The notes: generated from the sequence alone by a model not told the origin. Positions 53,616 through 64,000 are shown, numbered from the stretch's first letter. The stretch is 64,000 nt of DNA from an uncultured Gemmataceae bacterium (GCA_963750165.1 CAVVPN010000003.1:3456001-3520000); one strand, 5' to 3'. Program-made: numbers and translations.

Positions 53616-53710
53616 ATTTCACCACAGAGACCGCGGAGAACGCAGAGAGAAGACACTTGAAACAATGCTTTCTCTCTTTTGTCTGTTCTCCGCGGTCTCT
53701 GTGGTGAAAT
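53616..53710. repeat. Long palindrome, diverged family A member, inside the operon
   Basis: ATTTCACCACAGAGACCGCGGAGAAC...GTTCTCCGCGGTCTCTGTGGTGAAAT. Confidence 0.85.
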
Positions 53711-53719
53711 CCATGCTCA

Positions 53720-54994
53720 TCACGCCGCCGTGGGAGGCCGCGGTCCCAGGCGGTTGCTCGGACTGACGCCGCCGAGCCGTGCCGTGAGCAAGTGAATCGC
53801 CGCGGTCAGGCTGTGCGTCATCTGCTCGAACGCGCCCGCGCCGGCCAGCGCTTGCAGGTTGTGCTGCAGCGCTTCCTGCAACCGCACCAGCTGGCCGCCG
53901 TCCGCCTGCAACCGGGTCAGCGCCTGCGCCGTCTCGCGCAGCGCCAGTGCCACCGTTGCCAGCTGCCCCAGCAACGCCGCACCCTGTTCCTGCGACTGTC
54001 GCTCCTGCGCCGCCAGCCGCTCCTCGTGCTGCTCCAGCGTCCGCAGCAGCGCCGCCTCCAGCGCCTGCGTCAGCACCTCCTGTTGTTGCTGGCCCGCCTC
54101 GTCCCAGCGCTGCCGCGCCGCTGCCAGCGCCTCGGTCCACACGGCCGCCTGCCGCTGGACCAGCTGCTCCGTCGCCGTCACCAGCACCTGCGTGTTCTGC
54201 CGCACCACATCGACGAACTCGCCGTTCTGCGCCGCCACACGCTCGAAGCGGTGCGCCAGCTGCTCGTCCACGTAACGGTCCACCTCCGCCAGCACGCCCT
54301 GCTCGACGCGCTCGACAACGAAGCTGACGAACATCACGATCATCGTCAGCGCCAGCGCCAGGGCGGTGGTGTCGAACGCCTCGGCCAGACCGCCGGTGAC
54401 CGCACTGAGGTTGTTCTCCATCTGGTCCGGCGACACATTGGCGATGGCCTTGGTGATGCCGAGCACCGTCCCCAGGAAGCCGAGAATCGGAATCGCCCAG
54501 GTGATGAACCGCACCAGCGAATAGCTGCCCTCCAGGGCGACGCCGTCACCGTCCGCGAGGGTGCGCAACTGGTCGTCGAGTTCGGCGACGGAACCGCGGC
54601 CGGTCACGAAGTCCAGCACCGCGGCGACGCGCCGGCCCAGGTACGTCTGCCGCAGCCGGTCGTCCAGCCGCCCCAGCCCCGCACGCAACTCTGCCGCCTC
54701 GGACGCGGGCACCGGCTGGCCGTCCCAGGGCGGCAGCAAATCCTGGCCGCAGGCGGCGCGCTCGCGGCGGCTGTGCCAGAGCTTGGCCAGCAGCGCCGCC
54801 AGGGCGCAGCTAAAGGCCACGACGGCGACCTGCTCGGCCGGGTGCTTGACGTAGTGATGGCCCTCCTCGCCGAAGACGCCCAGCAGCAGCGGCGCCAGCA
54901 GGACGGCCGCCAGGGGCAGGCCCAGCGTGAACGCCGCCATTGTGCTCGCCGATCGCTGGGCGGGTCGCGCCGCGCCGGAGTTCGATCCGCTCAT
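53720..54994 (-). CDS. MotA/TolQ/ExbB proton-channel family protein with long C-terminal coiled coil
   Basis: AIPILGFLGTVLGI and GLAEAFDTTALAL motifs. Confidence 0.9.
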   Translation of the reverse strand: MSGSNSGAARPAQRSASTMAAFTLGLPLAAVLLAPLLLGVFGEEGHHYVKHPAEQVAVVAFSCALAALLAKLWHSRRERAACGQDLLPPWDGQPVPASEAAELRAGLGRLDDRLRQTYLGRRVAAVLDFVTGRGSVAELDDQLRTLADGDGVALEGSYSLVRFITWAIPILGFLGTVLGITKAIANVSPDQMENNLSAVTGGLAEAFDTTALALALTMIVMFVSFVVERVEQGVLAEVDRYVDEQLAHRFERVAAQNGEFVDVVRQNTQVLVTATEQLVQRQAAVWTEALAAARQRWDEAGQQQQEVLTQALEAALLRTLEQHEERLAAQERQSQEQGAALLGQLATVALALRETAQALTRLQADGGQLVRLQEALQHNLQALAGAGAFEQMTHSLTAAIHLLTARLGGVSPSNRLGPRPPTAA

Positions 54995-55119
54995 TCGTTT
55001 ACCCTCACCTGGGACGGCCGCTATAGTAACATCGCCCACGCTGGGCGGCGGATTCTAGCGTTTTTTCCGCGGCGGTCGAGTGCGGTTGACCGAATGACAA
55101 GCCGGGAGGGGGTGGCAAG

Positions 55120-55680
55120 GTGGAGGAGTCACGCAAGCGGTTTCTGGAACTGTTCCGCAGCCGAGCGCTGTCGTTTGGGCAATTCACGCTCGCCTCGGGC
55201 AAGACGAGCAGTTACTACATCAACAGCAAAAAAGTGCTGTTCGCCGGCGAGGCGGTCTGGCTGCTGGGCGATCTGCTCTGGCACCTGACGCGCGACCTGA
55301 ACGTGCAGGCGATGGGCGGTCTGGAGGTCGGTGCCATCCCGATGGCGGTGGCGGCGGCGCTGCGCTATCACCAGGAGGGCCGGCCGCTGGAGGGCTTCTT
55401 CGTCCGCAAGGAGGCCAAGGGCCACGGCAGTCAGCAGCGCGTCGAGGGCCGGTTGGAGGCCGGCATGCGCGTCGCCGTGCTTGACGACGTACTGACCACC
55501 GGCGGTTCCGTCCTGCAGGCGCTCGCCGAGGTCGAGAAGGCCGGCGCCGTGGTCGTCGCGGTCGTCTGCATTGTTGATCGCCTTGAAGGGGCACGCGAAC
55601 AGCTGACGCCGCGCTACCATTATTTGCCGCTGTACACCATCCGCGATTTCGGCATCGAGCCACCCGCTTCAGGCGTATGA
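55120..55680 (+). CDS. pyrE: Orotate phosphoribosyltransferase
   Basis: FTLASGKTSSYY, VRKEAKGHG and VLDDVLTTGGS. Confidence 0.95.
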   Translation: MEESRKRFLELFRSRALSFGQFTLASGKTSSYYINSKKVLFAGEAVWLLGDLLWHLTRDLNVQAMGGLEVGAIPMAVAAALRYHQEGRPLEGFFVRKEAKGHGSQQRVEGRLEAGMRVAVLDDVLTTGGSVLQALAEVEKAGAVVVAVVCIVDRLEGAREQLTPRYHYLPLYTIRDFGIEPPASGV

Positions 55681-55800
55681 AGGCCAGGGCAACGAGTGGT
55701 CGAGGTGCCCAGGAGTAACATGGCCACATGGCCACACGGCGCGCCCCCCCATTCCGCGATGTGAGAATGGTTGCCAATGGTTGACCTGACACCAGTTGAC

Positions 55801-56811
55801 ATGCGCACCCAGGTGATTGCCGTGGATCCCGCCGCGCCCGATGCCGCCGTGCTGGCGCGGGCCGCGGCGGTGCTGCGCGGCGGCGGCCTGGTCGCGTTCC
55901 CGACCGAGACGGTCTACGGCCTCGGGGTGAACGCCCTGGACGCGGCGGCGGTGGGCCGGTTGTTCGCGGCGAAGGGGCGGCCGGCGCAGAATCCGTTGAT
56001 CGTCCATGTCGCGGAGGTGGCGCAGGCGCGCGAGTTCGCAGCGGACTGGCCGGAGGCGGCGGCGCGACTGGCGGCGCAATTCTGGCCGGGGCCGCTGACG
56101 TTGGTGGTGCGCAAGCAGCCTGTCGTGCCCGACGCGGTGACGGCCGGAGGCCCGACGGTGGCACTGCGACTGCCGGCGCATCCGGTGGCGCTGGCGCTGC
56201 TGCGGACGGCGGCGTTGCCGGTCGCGGCACCGAGCGCCAACCGCTCCTCGACCATCTCGCCGACGCGGGCCGAGCACGTGCTGCGCAGCCTTGACGGCCG
56301 CATTGACCTGGTGCTGGACGGCGGGCCAACGCCAGGCGGACTCGAATCAACGGTGGTGGATGTGACGGTGACGCCGCCGCGGCTGCTACGGCCGGGGCTG
56401 GTCACGCCGGCGGAACTGGAAGCGGTGCTGGGGCGGGTGGCGCGGTCGGGCAATGCGGGTGCCGGGGAAGTGCTGCGGTCGCCGGGGATGCTGAGCCGGC
56501 ATTACGCCCCGTCGGTGCCGCTTGAGTGCGTGGCGGAGGACGCCGCGGCGGGGCGGGTGACGGAATTGCTGCGGCAGGGGATGCGGGTCGGCTGGCTGAC
56601 GTTTGCAGCGCCGCCCGATGTGGTTGACGCAGAGCGGTTGCGAGTACTGGCGCTGCCGCGGGAGCCGGCGGCGTACGCGGCTCAGCTGTACGCGGCGCTG
56701 CACGGTTTCGAGGCGGACGGTGTGGAGCGCATCGTGGTGACGCTGCCGCCGGCGGATGAAGAGTGGCTGGCGGTGCGGGACCGGCTGCGGCGGGCGGCGG
56801 CAGAGTATTGA
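55801..56811 (+). CDS. tsaC: L-threonylcarbamoyladenylate synthase (Sua5 type)
   Basis: VAFPTETVYGLG, KGRPAQNPLIVH, FWPGPLT, APSANRS, SPGMLSRHYAP and a SUA5 C-domain. Confidence 0.95.
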   Translation: MRTQVIAVDPAAPDAAVLARAAAVLRGGGLVAFPTETVYGLGVNALDAAAVGRLFAAKGRPAQNPLIVHVAEVAQAREFAADWPEAAARLAAQFWPGPLTLVVRKQPVVPDAVTAGGPTVALRLPAHPVALALLRTAALPVAAPSANRSSTISPTRAEHVLRSLDGRIDLVLDGGPTPGGLESTVVDVTVTPPRLLRPGLVTPAELEAVLGRVARSGNAGAGEVLRSPGMLSRHYAPSVPLECVAEDAAAGRVTELLRQGMRVGWLTFAAPPDVVDAERLRVLALPREPAAYAAQLYAALHGFEADGVERIVVTLPPADEEWLAVRDRLRRAAAEY

Positions 56812-57051
56812 TGGAGAATTGGCTCGTTCCTGTTTGGATTCATCGGTTCGGACGCGCGGAGGCGGCTGGCCGCTCCTTTGAGAATGTCTGGGTGGTTTGC
56901 TTTTTTTCGGCGATTCTTTCTTGAATGGAAATCAGAAAAAGCCGACATTTCACATTCCGAAAGATGCCCTGAGGCGCATCAATCTCGGGCAGTCTTTTGC
57001 CGAATACGACAAAATCCTGACAAAACCCGGCGTTTTTGTTCGCATGCTGAC

Positions 57052-57076
57052 GGTGCAGGCGGGCCGCCTGTGCTAC
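57052..57076 (-). repeat. Single GTAG REP, family D, overlapping a stop codon
   Basis: Minus strand GTAGCACAGGCGGCCCGCCTGCACC. Confidence 0.7.
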
Positions 57077-57306
57077 GGCAGCGCGTCGATCAGGCGCAAG
57101 CGCTCGGGGTCGGGCGGGTCAATCTTGACAACCGCGATGTCCTCTAAACCGAACTGGTCGCGGCCGGCCTGAAGGGCGTCGCGCTGGGTGTCCCAGATGC
57201 TGACGACTTCAGCGCCTTTGATCAGGGCGCGGCAACCGGCGTGCCCCTCGGCCAGCAGGCGCCCCACTTCGCGGCGATACGTCTCTGCCTCGCGCTCCAG
57301 CGGCAT
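57073..57306 (-). CDS. Small hypothetical protein (DUF5678-like)
   Basis: LEREAETYRRE...ALIKGAEVVSIWDTQRDALQAG...FG pattern; RBS GAGGAG. Confidence 0.6.
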   Translation of the reverse strand: MPLEREAETYRREVGRLLAEGHAGCRALIKGAEVVSIWDTQRDALQAGRDQFGLEDIAVVKIDPPDPERLRLIDALP

Positions 57307-57416
57307 TGCCAACTCCTCTTTTGCTCGGCTCTAATCGGCAGCAGCCACCAACAGCGCATCCCGGCCCACACCCGCGCCGTCAACCCGCATGACCGCCGCC
57401 TGCGCCAGCACCTGGT

Positions 57417-57662
57417 TTATTTCTTCACCTTTTTGTATTTTTTCGTGAGCATGCCGTCGCTGCCGATAATTCCCGCTGCAAGAAGGGATTGACGGAATTT
57501 CAACGAGGTCAGGGAATTCAACTGCTGGAGAACCATTCCGAATTTACTCCCCTGCCGGGCGGTCTTTTTTTTGTTTCCCGTACCTCCCGTCTGGCCGGAC
57601 GTGCCAGACGGCGAGGATGTTTCTTGGGTTTCTGACGCAGATTTGGATGTGCGCTTCTTCAT
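57417..57662 (-). CDS. Small basic hypothetical protein, lower GC
   Basis: 81-aa ORF with GGAG RBS and C-terminal AGIIGSDGMLTKKY. Confidence 0.5.
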   Translation of the reverse strand: MKKRTSKSASETQETSSPSGTSGQTGGTGNKKKTARQGSKFGMVLQQLNSLTSLKFRQSLLAAGIIGSDGMLTKKYKKVKK

Positions 57663-57699
57663 AAATCCAACTCCCTGTCCAAACTCATTGGGCGGTCGC

Positions 57700-60600
57700 C
57701 TACGCCTTCTTCTCCTTCGGCAACACCGGTCGTACGCAGCGCCATCCCGCCCACGCCCGCGCCGCCAGCCCGCACGTCCGCCCGATGTGCCGCACGCAGC
57801 GCCGGTAGGTCTTCTTCAGACACCGGTCATGCGTCACCGCCGCGCTGTCCGCCGCTGCCCGCGCCAGCAGTTGCCGCGCCTCCCGGAACGCCCGGCCGCG
57901 CTCCGCCTGCACCAGCAGCACCGCGTCCGCCAGCGCCGCGAAGAATTTGTGCCAACCGTCCAGCGCGGCAGGCTGGACGCCCGCCAGCCGCTGCCGCGCC
58001 GCTTCGGTACGGCCGGCCAGCGCGTCGTCCAGCGCCAGCCAGACGTGGTGGTACGGCGTCGTGTAGTCGGCATCCAGCGTCACGGCACAGGCGCTGGCGC
58101 GGTTCGCCTCCTCCGCGCGGCCGACCGCCCGCAGCGACACCGCCAGGTTGAGGAGCATCCACGGCTCCGCGTCCGCCTGCTGCTCCCAGTCGCGCTGCCA
58201 GTCCACGATCAACTCGTCCGCGTCCTTGTCCGTCAGGGCGAGCGCGTGCCCCATCTGGCCCCAACCGTGGCCGTCGGCGCGGAGCAGGTCGCCGTGCTGT
58301 CGTAGCAGCGCCAGCAAACACGGCTGCTGCTTCGCTCGGCCCAGCGCCACCGCATACTCGATCAACACCGCGCGGCCCGCCTCGCCCTCGGCCGCCAGCG
58401 ACTCCAGTTCCTTGTCGCTGAACCACGCACCGCGCGCCGCCCGCCGCTGCGCCAGGATTTCGCCGGCCAGCGGGTTGCCCTCCTCACCGCCGACCGACTC
58501 ACGCAGCACCCGCTCCGCGTCCTCGCCGCAGCCCGCGCCCGTCAGCGCCTGCAGCGCCTCGTCGAAGTGCCAGCGGCTACCGTCGCACTGCTCACACGCC
58601 AGGCGGAACAGCTGCAGCGCCTCGTCGCGCTCCTGACGTTTGGCCGCCAGTTGAATCTCCTTGAACAGCACGTCCACCGCGGCCGCGTGCTGCCGCGCCA
58701 CGTCCAGCGTCTCCTCCGCGGCGTCCAGTTCGCCATCCGCCAGCTGCCGGTCGAACAGGCTCAGACTGCCGAAGAAGTAGGCCGGGTCCAGCTCGACCGC
58801 GCGGGCGAAGTCCGCCTTCGCCCCGGCCAGGTCGCCGGTCAGCCGCCGGGCCTCACCGCGGTTGCCGAACGCCGGCGCGTGGTCCGGCGCCAGCCGCACC
58901 AGCTGCTCCGCCGCCGCCAGCGACTCCGCCAACTCCTTGCGCTGCTCGTGCCACTCGACCAGCTGCGTCCAGCCCCAGTAATAATCGGGATGCTCCTCCA
59001 GCAGCGCCCGCATCAGCGCCAGCGCCCGGTCCAGGTCGCCGCGCTGCTTCTCCACCCAGGCGGCGCGGCCACGCAGGTTCACCGGCACCTCCGGCAAGTC
59101 CGCCGGCGCGCACGCTGCCCGTGCCTCGTCGTACCGGCCCGCCCGCGCCAGCAATTCCGCCAGCACGTCGTCGAAGTCCTGCGGCACCTCCGCCAGCGCC
59201 CGCGCCCGCCGCAGCGCCGCCAGCCGCTCCTCCAGTTCCTCCTCGTCATCCCCCTCGTCCCAGGTCCGCGACCACAGCAGCGCGGCGTGCGGCGGAAATT
59301 CCTCCTGCCGCACCACCTCACCCAGCACCTCGTCCACGCGGCCGCCCCAGCCGGCCTGCCGCAGCGCCTTGACCGCCTCGTCCAGCGGCCAGGTCGCCTG
59401 AAACACGTGGTCGCACAGCCGCCGCAGACACTCGACCGCCTGCTCCTCCTCATCGCACTTCGCCGCCAGCTTTGCCGCCCGCGTCGCCACGTACTCGCCG
59501 CCGATGTGCTCCTCCATCAGCATCAGCGTGTGACGGGCGCCGTCGATGTCGTCATCCGCCAGCTGGGCGTCGAAGAGCGTCATGGACGCGAAGGCGTAGT
59601 CCGGCGCCGCCGCCACCGCCGCCCGCAGATCCTCCAGGCCGGCGGTCCGCTCGTCGGTGCGCAGCCGGGCCTCGCCGCGGTAGGTCAACGCCGTCGGGTC
59701 TTCCGGGGCCAGCCGCACCATCTCCTCCGCGGCGGCCAGGTAGCCCGGCAGGTCGCCGAGCCGCTCACGCCACTCCGCCACCTTGGTCCAGCCCCAGTAA
59801 TAATTCGGATCCTCTTGCAGCAAATCCTCCATCTGCGCGACCGCCTGCGGCACGTTGCCCCGCTCCGCCTCGATCCACGCCGCCCGGCCGCGCAGGAACA
59901 ACGGCTGCTCATCCACCGGCGGCCGGCACGCCGCCCGCGCCTCGTCGAAGCGGCCCGCCTTCGCCAGAAAATCCGCCTGCAGGTCCAGCGCCTCGAAGCA
60001 GCGCGGGTACACCGTCGTCGCCTGCCGCAGCGCCGCCACGTACTCGTCGCCAGCCCGCGGCGTCAGCATCTTGGCCAGCATCAGCCACGACCGCGCCTCG
60101 TGCGGCCGCTTCTCCGTCAGCTCGCGCGCCAGCGCCACCGCCTCGTCCGGCTGCTCCAGGTGTCGGGCGAACTCGCTCAACCGTCGCCAGGCCCACTCGT
60201 AACCGGGGTCCAGCCGCAGCGCGTGCTTCAACCGCTCCACTGCCGCCTCGTGCTCGCCCTGCTGCCACAGCAGGTCCGCCAGACAGCCGTGGTTCGCCGC
60301 CGCCAGCGGCGCTCGCACCACCGCCTGCTCCAGCAACTGCCGGGCCTCGTCGAGCCGGTTGTCCTCCTCGTACAGCTCCGCCAGCTCGCGCACCGCGGCG
60401 CTCCACGTCGGGTTGATCTCCAGCGCTCGCTTCAGCGCCTCAATGGCGCCTTCGCGATCCGCGCGAACTTGTGCACGCGGGCCAGGTCGAAGTGCAGCGC
60501 CGGCACCAGCGGGAAGCGGTCCACCGCCTCGGTCATCACGTCCAGCGCTTCGTCCAGGTCGCCCAGATCCAGCAGCTGCCGCGCCACCGCCGCCCACGAT

Positions 60601-63521
60601 TGCCACAAATCCGGCCGGGCGTCGCGCAGTGTGCGCAGCGACACCAGGATGTCCTCCGGCGGCACATTGCCCTGCGCCTGGTCGCGGTACGCCAGCAGCC
60701 CCGCGCCGAAATGCACCTGCCGCAGCAATTCCTGCTCGACGAACTCCAGCGCCTCCTGCCGCTCGGCCAGCGTGTCGCAGGCGAACACCAACTCGCTGAT
60801 GGCCAGGTCGAAGTCCACGGACAGCCGCAGTGCCTCGCGGTTGGCGTCCCGGCACTCGGCCATGCGGCCCGCCAGCTGGCACACGCGGCCGCGCACCGAG
60901 TAGTACGACGGGTGGACCGGCTCCAGGTGAAACGCCACCTCCAGCTCCGCGAACGCCTCGTCGAAGCGGCCCAGGTCGCCCAGCGCCAGCGCCAGTTCGC
61001 GCCGCGCCCAGGCGTCGGCGGGGTGGATGGCGATCAGCCGTCGCACCACCGGCTCCAGGGCCACGGCCCCCTCGTCGCGCAGCCACTCGACGTACAGCTT
61101 GTGCAGCCCGAAGTGGTGCGGAAAGCGTTCGCAGCAGGCGTACAGTTGCGCCAGCGCCGCCGGCCGGCCGCCCGTCTCGGCCAGCAACTGGGCGACGGCG
61201 CGGTGCGCGTCCAGGGCCAGCGGCTCGACTTCCAGCACCGAATGCCACAGCCGCAGCGCCTCGGCCTGGTTGCCCTCGCCGGCCGCGAAGTCCGCCGCGG
61301 CGCGCAGCCAGACCGTCTCCTGCGCCTTACCGTGAGCCTGCCCCAGCAGCGCCCGGCCGCGCTCGCGGTGGCCGTGGTTCCAGAACAGCTGGGCGGCGTG
61401 CAGCAGCAACTCGCCATCGTCGGGCCGCTGCCGCAGCGCATTCTCGATGGCGACGAACGCCTCGGGGGCGCGCTCCAGTTGCTCCAGCGCCCAGCACCAC
61501 GTCCGCACCGGCCGGCTCGAACTCGCGCCCAGGCGGCGCACGCGCTCGCGCAGCAGCCGCAACAACTCCTCCGTCTGTTGCAGCCAGCGCGCCGCCGTGA
61601 AGTAGGCACGCACCAGTCGCTCGTCCTTGTCCTCCAGGCAGGCGGCGAAGCGGTACAGCTCCAGCGCCTCCGGATAACGGCGGCGATCCCAGTGCAGGTT
61701 GGCGAGAATGTAGTAGTTGCCGGCCTGCACCGGGTTGAGCCGCAGCGCCCGCCACAGCAGCCGCCGCACCACCGGGAACTCCCGGGCGTCAACCATCAGC
61801 TCCTGCGCGTACTGCTGCCAGCACACCGGGTCCGCGCCCGGCCGGTCGCTCAGTTTTTCCAGCAATTCGACGCGCTCGTCGCGCCGCGCCAGTTCGCGCA
61901 GGCAGTTCACCTTGAACATTTGCAGCGCGATGTCATCGGGGAACAGCGTCAGCAGTTTCTCGACGGCGGCCAGGACCGCTGCGGGGTCGGCGTCATAGCC
62001 GGCCAGCGAGCGCCGCGCCTGCAGTGTCAGGAAGTGATCGGGGGCCTGCTGCTCCAGGGCGGTCAGGGCGGCGGCCGCGGCGGGGCGGTCGTGCAGTTGC
62101 AGGGCGCGCTGCAGGCGGTGCATGTGGTCGTAGAGCGGCGCGTCCGGCAGTTCCAGATTCAGCAGGTCCGCCCGTTCGCGCGGCACCAGGGCCATGCCGC
62201 GCGGGCCGGTCGCCCGGTAGCGCTCCAGCACGCCGCCGGCCAGCACCTCGTTTTGATGGCGTTCGCCGGGGTCGCGCAGGATGAGGGTGCCGCGACGGGC
62301 GTCGTAGCCGATGACCGCTTGCAGGTGCGAACTGGTCGGCTCGGCGGTCGTCAGTGTGAAGGGAATGCCGCGGTCGATGAGGGCGGCGGCGCTGTCCCAG
62401 GTGACGGTGAACTCGCGGGCCACCCAGCCGTTGCTCTCGGCCCAGTGGCGTTCGCTGTGACAGGGGGTGCCGTCGTAGCAGATGGACGCGGCGACTTCGA
62501 GGTGCTCGCCCGGCATCGACCAGAAGCGGCAGATCATGGCCAGCGTCGCCGGCGAACAGGTTAAATGGTGCTGGCGCACGAAGCCGACCGGCAGTTGCAC
62601 GCGCTTCGCATCCGGCGGCGCCGCGGCGAGGCGGCGGCCGATTTCCTCATAGAACGGCCCCGGCACCTGGCGGGCGTGCTCCACCGCTTGCTCCAGGTCG
62701 CCGCAGAAGTACGCGGTGTCGGAACGGCGAGCGCTCAGCCAATCGCGGTAGTATTTCTCCATGAGCGGCGACAGTTCGGCGAAGCGCTCGTAAGTGCGGC
62801 GGGCGTCGGCGTAGCGGCGCAGCTCGATCTGCAGCGCCGCCAGCTGGGTGGCGATGGCGCCGTTTTCGATGGTGCGGTCGGCCTCCTGGAGCAGTGCGAG
62901 CGCCTCGTCGTCGCGCTGGAACTGCACGAGCAGGTGGGCGGCCATCTGCACGGCGGGGCGATACCACGGCCGCAACCGCAGCGTCTCCTGCGTCACTTCC
63001 AGCGACTCCTCGGGGCGGTCCTCCGCCAGCAGCAGGCCGGCGCGTTCCAGGCGCACCCACGGCAGGTCGGGGGCGATTTCCTCAGCGCGGGATTGCCAGC
63101 GCTCGGCTGCCTCGAAGTCGCGCAGCCGGGCCAGCACCGAGGCGTGCAGCGCCAGCCAGGGGCCACGTTGCGCTGGCGCGGCGTCGGGCAGTTCGCCGCA
63201 GCGCTTCAGCTTCTGCCAGGCGCGCAGCGGGCCGCGGCGGTCGAGCAGTTCGCGGACGTGATACCAGCACGCTTCCGGATGGGTCGGGTCGGCGCGGAAG
63301 GCGTGGTGGAAGTGCCAGGCGGCCAGGCGCGGCGCCCCCAGATTGCCCGCCAGCCGGCCGGCCAGGACGCGAGCCGCCGTGCCGCGCCACTGCGGCAGCG
63401 GGCCGAGCGTTTCCGCCAGGCGGTACGCTTGCAGACACAGGCCGCGCTCGTACAGCTCCAGGATGGGCTGCAACTGCTGGACGGTCAGGGCTTCCGGGGC
63501 GGTCAGGGTCTGGGTGCTCAT
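57700..63521 (-). CDS. Large TPR-repeat protein with embedded C39-like cysteine peptidase (~1,940 aa), one frameshift near 60465
   Basis: VRQHHLTCSPATL (Gln/Cys), HLQAVIGYD (His/Asp) and many TPR-like units. ORFs 60432-63611 and 57700-61248 join at HK-VRADREG. Confidence 0.8.
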
Positions 63522-63730
63522 GGTGGCGCTCGCAAAGAGTGGTGGTGGTCTTCGTGACAACCGACATCGGTAAGACCGAATTGGCGCGGGCGGGTTCGGC
63601 CCGTCTGCCAACTGGGAAGTATCTTAACCGGCCGCGGGGGGTGGAAGGAAGTCAGTAGCGGTGGTCTGCTGATTTGCAGATTTGCAGAGCAAGACGCATT
63701 TTCTGCTCCGTAGAAAACCTGCGGTGCTTT

Positions 63731-63759
63731 CGTAGTGCGGGCGGCTCGCCCGCACTACG
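63731..63759. repeat. Compact GTAG palindrome, family D, overlapping a stop codon
   Basis: CGTAGTGCGGGCGGCTCGCCCGCACTACG. Confidence 0.8.
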
Positions 63760-64000
63760 GGGTCGGCCCGTGGCCGATGTACTTCTCCAGCCACGCGAAC
63801 ACCTCGCGGTGCCACACCAGCGAGTTCTGCGGCCGCAAAATCCAGTGGTTCTCGTCCGGGAAGTACACCAGCCGCGTCGGCACGCCCTTGAGCCGCAGCG
63901 TCATGTAATACTCCAGCCCGTGCGTCACCGGCACCCGATAATCCTTTTCGCCGTGCAGCACCAGCGTCGGCGTCTTGAAGTTCTTTGCGAAGCGGCTGGC
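63755..64000 (-). CDS. S9-family peptidase, C-terminal part only (runs off the window)
   Basis: TPTLVLHGEKDYRVP and FPDENHW (catalytic Asp and His). Confidence 0.9.
   Translation of the reverse strand, partial: ASRFAKNFKTPTLVLHGEKDYRVPVTHGLEYYMTLRLKGVPTRLVYFPDENHWILRPQNSLVWHREVFAWLEKYIGHGPTP

Noticed and set aside
53720..54994. Zorya (zorAB) defence system
   Set aside because: No OmpA-like ZorB domain or zorC/D/E genes are seen. Kept only as an analogy.
1..64000. tRNA, rRNA or prophage genes
   Set aside because: None were recognisable by eye; a covariance-model scan was not possible.

Overview
GC-rich bacterial window, very probably from a planctomycete (Gemmatales-like). The main clues are an N-terminal 'LEALEDRIVPA' export motif and typical BON, PilZ and Ser/Thr kinase genes. 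The first 19 kb hold one giant (~6,240 aa) secreted protein, split into three ORFs by two single-base indels. It carries beta-helix/adhesin domains, ~140 copies of a 12-aa repeat, a zincin metalloprotease and a sedolisin (S53) protease, and a TIGR03032-family gene lies just upstream. Next come clpB, an ACT protein, two tandem CPPC thioredoxin-like paralogs, and a prolyl oligopeptidase interrupted by a 1,520-bp IS701-like element. A dlt-like envelope acylation cassette follows: an MBOAT, two DltD/SGNH-like proteins and a 39-aa DltX-like microprotein ending in FIYMAF that is not called as its own ORF in the track. The remainder holds a B12-dependent acyl-CoA mutase operon with isobutyryl-CoA-mutase-type residues and interleaved selfish genes, a macro-domain/ATP-grasp pair beside an HPF gene, an ABC exporter, a kinase fused to a transposase-type HTH, a MotA/ExbB gene with two ExbD-like genes, pyrE, tsaC/sua5, a large TPR-C39 peptidase and a partial S9 peptidase. 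Intergenic DNA is rich in several palindromic repeat families (GTAG REP doublets, a TA-flanked MITE, long hairpins). Six single-base frameshifts look like assembly errors. All family calls come from reading motifs by eye, not from database searches.
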